DNA from: a virus
Strand: one strand, 5' to 3'
IMG/VR virus record: IMGVR_UViG_3300037068_000078
Span: 13,729-77,728 of that record
Length of the DNA stretch: 64,000 bases
The position numbers were made by a program, and so were the translations under genes. How positions within the stretch are numbered: the first letter of the stretch is position 1; each line of letters starts with the position of its first letter. Shown here piece after piece: positions 59,901-64,000 of the stretch. Under the pieces are notes generated by a model that saw only the letters and a list, made by a program, of their open reading frames with translations, did no database searches and had not been told where the DNA came from.

Positions 59901-61825
59901 GCGCACTAGGACAACGTGCCCGTCGCCGGTCACGTGATAGCAGTTGCCGGGCACGAGATCGTCCTTGTGAACGCGCGAACCATCATTCCAAGTGACGGTG
60001 ATGTATCGCTCGGATTTGTCACGCGTGCGATCGAACTCAAACTTGCGCATCATCAGCGCAAACGTGCGGCCGATGGCCTCGACGAGAATGCGCGACTCGT
60101 CGCCCGGTAACTCCATGTGTCGGGCTAGATGCGTGTTGCCGTAGTTCTGGCGCACCAAGTCGCGCACCGACTTGACGAATAGCTCGTGTATCTCGTTGAC
60201 GTCCATCTCTTTCATCATCTTGGTCTCTGCCTCCCCTTTATTTAGCGGAATAGTAGTGCAGCGAGTATGGACCACAGCAGCGCGGTGACCTCGAACTGGT
60301 GCGCCCTGTCCCACGAGTCGTTGCTGCGCAAGTGCGTCACGAACATGGCGATGAATGCGAACAGAGCCATGATCAGGCACCAGTACGCGACTATGATGCG
60401 AGCCATCACCATAACTGCAACTCCCTTCGTATCTCCTCGTCCTCTCTCACGCGCTCCTCGGGGGTCAGCGCCCTGCGGTGCTGGTACTCCGCCCAGTTGA
60501 GCCACGCCACGCCAGCTGCTACCAGCGCCAGCGCGGTCCACACCATCCACATCATCGCAGTATCCTCAGGTAACATCGGAGGATACTATCAGTCTCGCGG
60601 TACTCCAGCATGTCGGCCTGCAGCTGCTCGCGTATCTTCACGAGCGATGCTGCGCGGTGCTCCGCCTCCGTCACGTCGAGCACCGTGTTCCAGCTGAGCA
60701 CGATGGGTGCCTCGCTCTCGTGGCGCACCACGTAGCCACGTGCCCGCAGATACGTGATGGCCTCTATGTCGCTTAAGAACACGAGTGTGCTCATCGGTCG
60801 TGCCTTGCCTTCAGCAACGTGTCAGCCAGCGGCATTCTCAGCGGCTGGCGTGCGTGATCGGTGCCATCCACCGAGTCGGCAATGCGCCGCATGTCGTTGC
60901 GAATGTCGAACAGCAGCCAGCACAGCACGGCCACGAACACCATGAGCGTGAGCGCCGAGATGGCAGTCAGGTCCAGCCACGCATACAGGTTGATCATGGC
61001 TTCACCATCATCCCTGCCGTCTGCGTGGCGACAGCCAGCCCCATCACCGCGTAGGCCGCGCAGCCCAGCCCGAGCAGCATCCACGGTGCGGCCACGACTG
61101 CCACCACGCTAACAGCGGGTGCCAGCATCACGATCGTCGCTGCAGCTGCAGCCTCCTTTGGGTCCATCATAGTTCGTTCTCCTCTGCTGTTGTTGGGGTT
61201 ATCACACTGTACTTGCCCGCCTGCACGCCAGCGTCGAAGCACGGCTCGCAGACGAAGCGAATGTATACGTGGCCGTTCTCACCCGCATTCCACACTGTGA
61301 CCTTGGGCTCGTCCTTGTTGAACGCGCGGCTGCAGTCGCCGCACTCAATGGTGCTTGGTGTGGTCATGCGCGCACCTCGATCCATCCGCAGTCCATCGCG
61401 CGCTGCAGGGTGCGCCACGGAATGCCGCTGCACATGTGCAGGGTGCGCGGCGTGCACTGCGTACGCAGCTTGTGGCCGTACTTGCGTGAGACCTCCTTGT
61501 TGACGTAGGTGATGCGCGCGTCGCGCCAGCTGCATATCGGTTTCTCAAGCGTGCGACGCTTGATAAGCCGAGGGCTCCCGCCGTTGTTCCAGTAGCGCAG
61601 GTCGATGGTGGGACACTTGGTGATGGGCTTGCCGGTCAGCGCTGCAATGGCGTGTGCTGTATAGCGGCGGGCCGCCAGCATGCAGACTAGGTCCGTGACG
61701 GTGATGCTGCGTTGGCGAAGGGCATAATACAAATTGAGGGTACGCGGCAGCTTGTAATAGACGCGGATGAACCGCTGCCAATGTATGGGAAGACGAGCGA
61801 CGGCTGTCGCTTGCTGGCGTTGCAT
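56977..61825 (-). other. Minus-strand cluster of about 15-20 small hypothetical CDSs
   Basis: Tightly coupled ORFs, e.g. 56977-57345, 58293-58514, 59629-59865, 60552-60794, 61364-61825. Confidence 0.6.
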
Positions 61826-61898
61826 GTTTGAGAGGCCCCGTGTGTGGTGGTTCTTGCCGGGGCAGTGTCGCACGGGGGGCAGGGGGCGCAAAGCCGGT

Positions 61899-62275
61899 TA
61901 TCGCGATTCTCCTGTTTTTATCAGGAGTTCTCCCGATAAAGTTGTGGGGCGCGGCGTATTGGATGTATTGGATTTCGTCCAATTATCGAGAGAATTAGCT
62001 CGTTTTTAAGGAGAAAGTGTATTGATACGACGTCGTACGCGATGAAAAACGCATGCTTTTGGCATCACTTTGCATCGCAAAGTTCTCCTGATAATAGGGA
62101 GAATCGCGAATATCCTGCAGGCTCGTATTGCTTTCGTAAAATTTCAATATGAATCCAATACGTCAATTGTCCAATGATGGCGGGGGGTTAGCGTGCGTGT
62201 ATTGAAATATTAGAAAGTTCCTTGTGCGGGCGCGCGCACACACACACTGGAGCGCCTGCGTAGAAATCCAATACA
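61899..62275. promoter_or_regulatory. AT-rich divergent control region, candidate origin/operator; includes 88-bp element copy 2 (62188-62275)
   Basis: Seven GTATTG/CAATAC hexamers, an imperfect inverted repeat, and a strand switch. Confidence 0.55.
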
Positions 62276-62372
62276 CCATCCCCCGATACCACCGACGATT
62301 TTGGGTGGGGGCTTGCCAAATTTTTCCGACGCAGTTAGGCGGGATAGGTTGCCTTGGCAGGGCAGGGGATAC

Positions 62373-62885
62373 ATGCGGCGGCACTGGACCATCATCGAAA
62401 CGCACAGCGCGACATCTCGGAAGACGGTGGGCACACTCGTCGGCACCGGCGTTGATCACTATCATCCTGAGTACCGTGCTCCTCTCTTCAACGGTGGTCG
62501 CCTCACCTGTTCGCTCTTCCCCTGCTACGTGTTCGTGCGCTGCACCAGCGATGAGCATGCTGGTCTCTTCAAGGCCAAGGGCGTCAAGCGCGTGTTCCCT
62601 CTCAGCAAGCACCTGCATCGTGAGTTGCGTAGTCTCGTCGCGCGGTTACGCGCCATGGAGGACCGCAGGGGCTACGTCGATGTAGATCGCATGTTCATCA
62701 ATCGTGAGCACGAGCGGTTTGAACCTGGGCAAGACGTGCGCGGCTTGCACGGCATGCTGCAGGGGATCACGGCCAAGTTCGTTGAGTATGTTGAGGATGG
62801 TTATGCGAGGGTGTCCACAAGCATCCTTGGCGGGCGGGAGCTAGTCGCTACCGTCGACGCGCACGAGCTGATAGGCGTTTGGTAA
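62373..62885 (+). CDS. NusG/RfaH-like antitermination factor
   Basis: W..I.T, Y.P, LFP.YVFV, KGV..V (NGN); F.PG..VR...G...G (KOW); ILG. Confidence 0.8.
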   Translation: MRRHWTIIETHSATSRKTVGTLVGTGVDHYHPEYRAPLFNGGRLTCSLFPCYVFVRCTSDEHAGLFKAKGVKRVFPLSKHLHRELRSLVARLRAMEDRRGYVDVDRMFINREHERFEPGQDVRGLHGMLQGITAKFVEYVEDGYARVSTSILGGRELVATVDAHELIGVW

Positions 62886-63062
62886 CTCGCCGCTAGCTCG
62901 ATGTGCCAATTAACTGACGGCCGCATGCAGTCGCTTTTTCAAGCGCGGCGTTCGCCCCCTGCAAAGAATAGGAAACTCAGTTGGACCTCATCCCGTGGGA
63001 CATCATCGGCATGATTCTCATCGTGGCGGGCTTCACCGCAATCGGCTTCACGTTGCTGCACG

Positions 63063-63671
63063 ATGTTTAGCGTTGAGCTCGATGCCACCGAGTACATCAA
63101 GCACGTTGAAGCGCTGCAGGGGCGCATGGACCAAGTCCCTTATGCGCTGGCGCTTGCGCTGAACAAGGCAAACGAGAACACGCGTGAGCTACTGGTGCGG
63201 GTGTGGCCGCAGCATGTGAAGGCACGGCAGTCCGGCTTCATACGCTATGCGCTACGGCGCGGCCCCCCGGCTACCAAGCGTGAACTTCGTGTTGAGATAT
63301 ACGACCAGACGCGCAAGCCGTTCATCAAGCGTCTCGATACAGGTGGCACGCATGCAGCCAAGGGCAGCAACCTAGCCATTCCATTCGAGCGCAACGTGCG
63401 CATAGGTGCGCATGGTGTGAAGTCCGCAATGCTACCACGCAACCTGCCTAATGCATTCGTCGCTGACCTCAATGGGCGCGGCCCTGCAGTGTGGCAACGG
63501 CAGAAGACCAAGAAGGGCACACGCATCAAGCTCATGTATGTGCTTAAGCCCAGCGTGCCTGTGCCACACAAGCTATCGTTCAGTGAAGACTTCGAAGTGA
63601 GCATGCGCAACGAAGTGCGAACCAGCTTCCCCGCTGCAATGGCGCGGGCCATGAAAGGACGTAGGTCATGA
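63063..63671 (+). CDS. Phage morphogenesis protein (lambda gpZ-like)
   Basis: Basic, QVPYA.ALALN..; located before the cos-like site. Confidence 0.55.
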   Translation: MFSVELDATEYIKHVEALQGRMDQVPYALALALNKANENTRELLVRVWPQHVKARQSGFIRYALRRGPPATKRELRVEIYDQTRKPFIKRLDTGGTHAAKGSNLAIPFERNVRIGAHGVKSAMLPRNLPNAFVADLNGRGPAVWQRQKTKKGTRIKLMYVLKPSVPVPHKLSFSEDFEVSMRNEVRTSFPAAMARAMKGRRS

Positions 63672-63916
63672 CCACAGCAAAGGTTAGTTGCCCAGTGGGT
63701 GCGTACACCAGCTTAGGTACAGCAACTACTTCAATGCTCATTACACCAACGGGCAGCATTGAGATTGTAGCTGCTGCAAGCCAGCCTGCTAGCAGCGTGC
63801 AAGGGCACCCACTCAATGAGATGCTCGATGGCAAGCCATTCCTCTTTCCGTTTGCACAGCAAGTGTGGGCCATGCCGAATGGCATCGGAGCTGTTGATGT
63901 GATCGTTACGATATGA
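63668..63916 (+). CDS. Small hypothetical protein
   Basis: ATGA overlap with upstream stop. Confidence 0.5.
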   Translation: MTTAKVSCPVGAYTSLGTATTSMLITPTGSIEIVAAASQPASSVQGHPLNEMLDGKPFLFPFAQQVWAMPNGIGAVDVIVTI

Positions 63917-63957
63917 GGAGATACCTGTGACAAACAATTGTTTCTCAAAAGAGTCTT

Positions 63958-64000
63958 GGGTCCTTGCTGGCCCTCTCAAGGGGCGCGGGGCTCGCGCCAT
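63958..64000 (+). other. Possible lambda-type cos region
   Basis: GGGTCCT (same heptamer as lambda cosQ) followed about 20 nt later by CGCGGGGCTCGCG. Confidence 0.4.

Noticed and set aside
1-64000. Integrated prophage or transposable Mu-like lifestyle
   Set aside because: No integrase, transposase, att site or host flank recognised; only the tail module is Mu-like

Overview
About 64 kb of a GC-rich tailed phage genome with a Mu-like contractile tail. The host is probably an alphaproteobacterium, inferred from a GcrA homologue and a ParA/MinD-like gene. Head and terminase genes lie outside the window. Gene order: tail, baseplate and fibres (1-16060); lysis (16169-17822); replication genes (SNF2 helicase, SSB-like, primase, UvrD, PolA) interleaved with a thymidine-hypermodification cluster (5hmdU synthase-type TS, 5hmdU DNA kinase, glycosyltransferase, radical SAM, HD, MazG-like); a long accessory region of small genes; a minus-strand block with a DpdA/TGT-like gene and a VRR-NUC-like nuclease; then a NusG-like gene and a cos-like site. 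The stand-out element is at 50808-53036. A 286-aa Nop/IS110-like protein with no nuclease domain sits between two arrays of about 18 units each, with a 36-37 nt period of two alternating 10-nt repeats and 8-9 nt variable spacers. This is the architecture of a TIGR-Tas (TasA-type) RNA-guided system. Other notable items: an unusual glycosyltransferase plus radical SAM modification pathway, a candidate overprinted gene inside the radical SAM gene, structured RNA candidates (one tRNA-like) upstream of a three-member paralogue family, and a duplicated 88-bp origin/operator-like element. All calls come from manual motif recognition; no searches were run.
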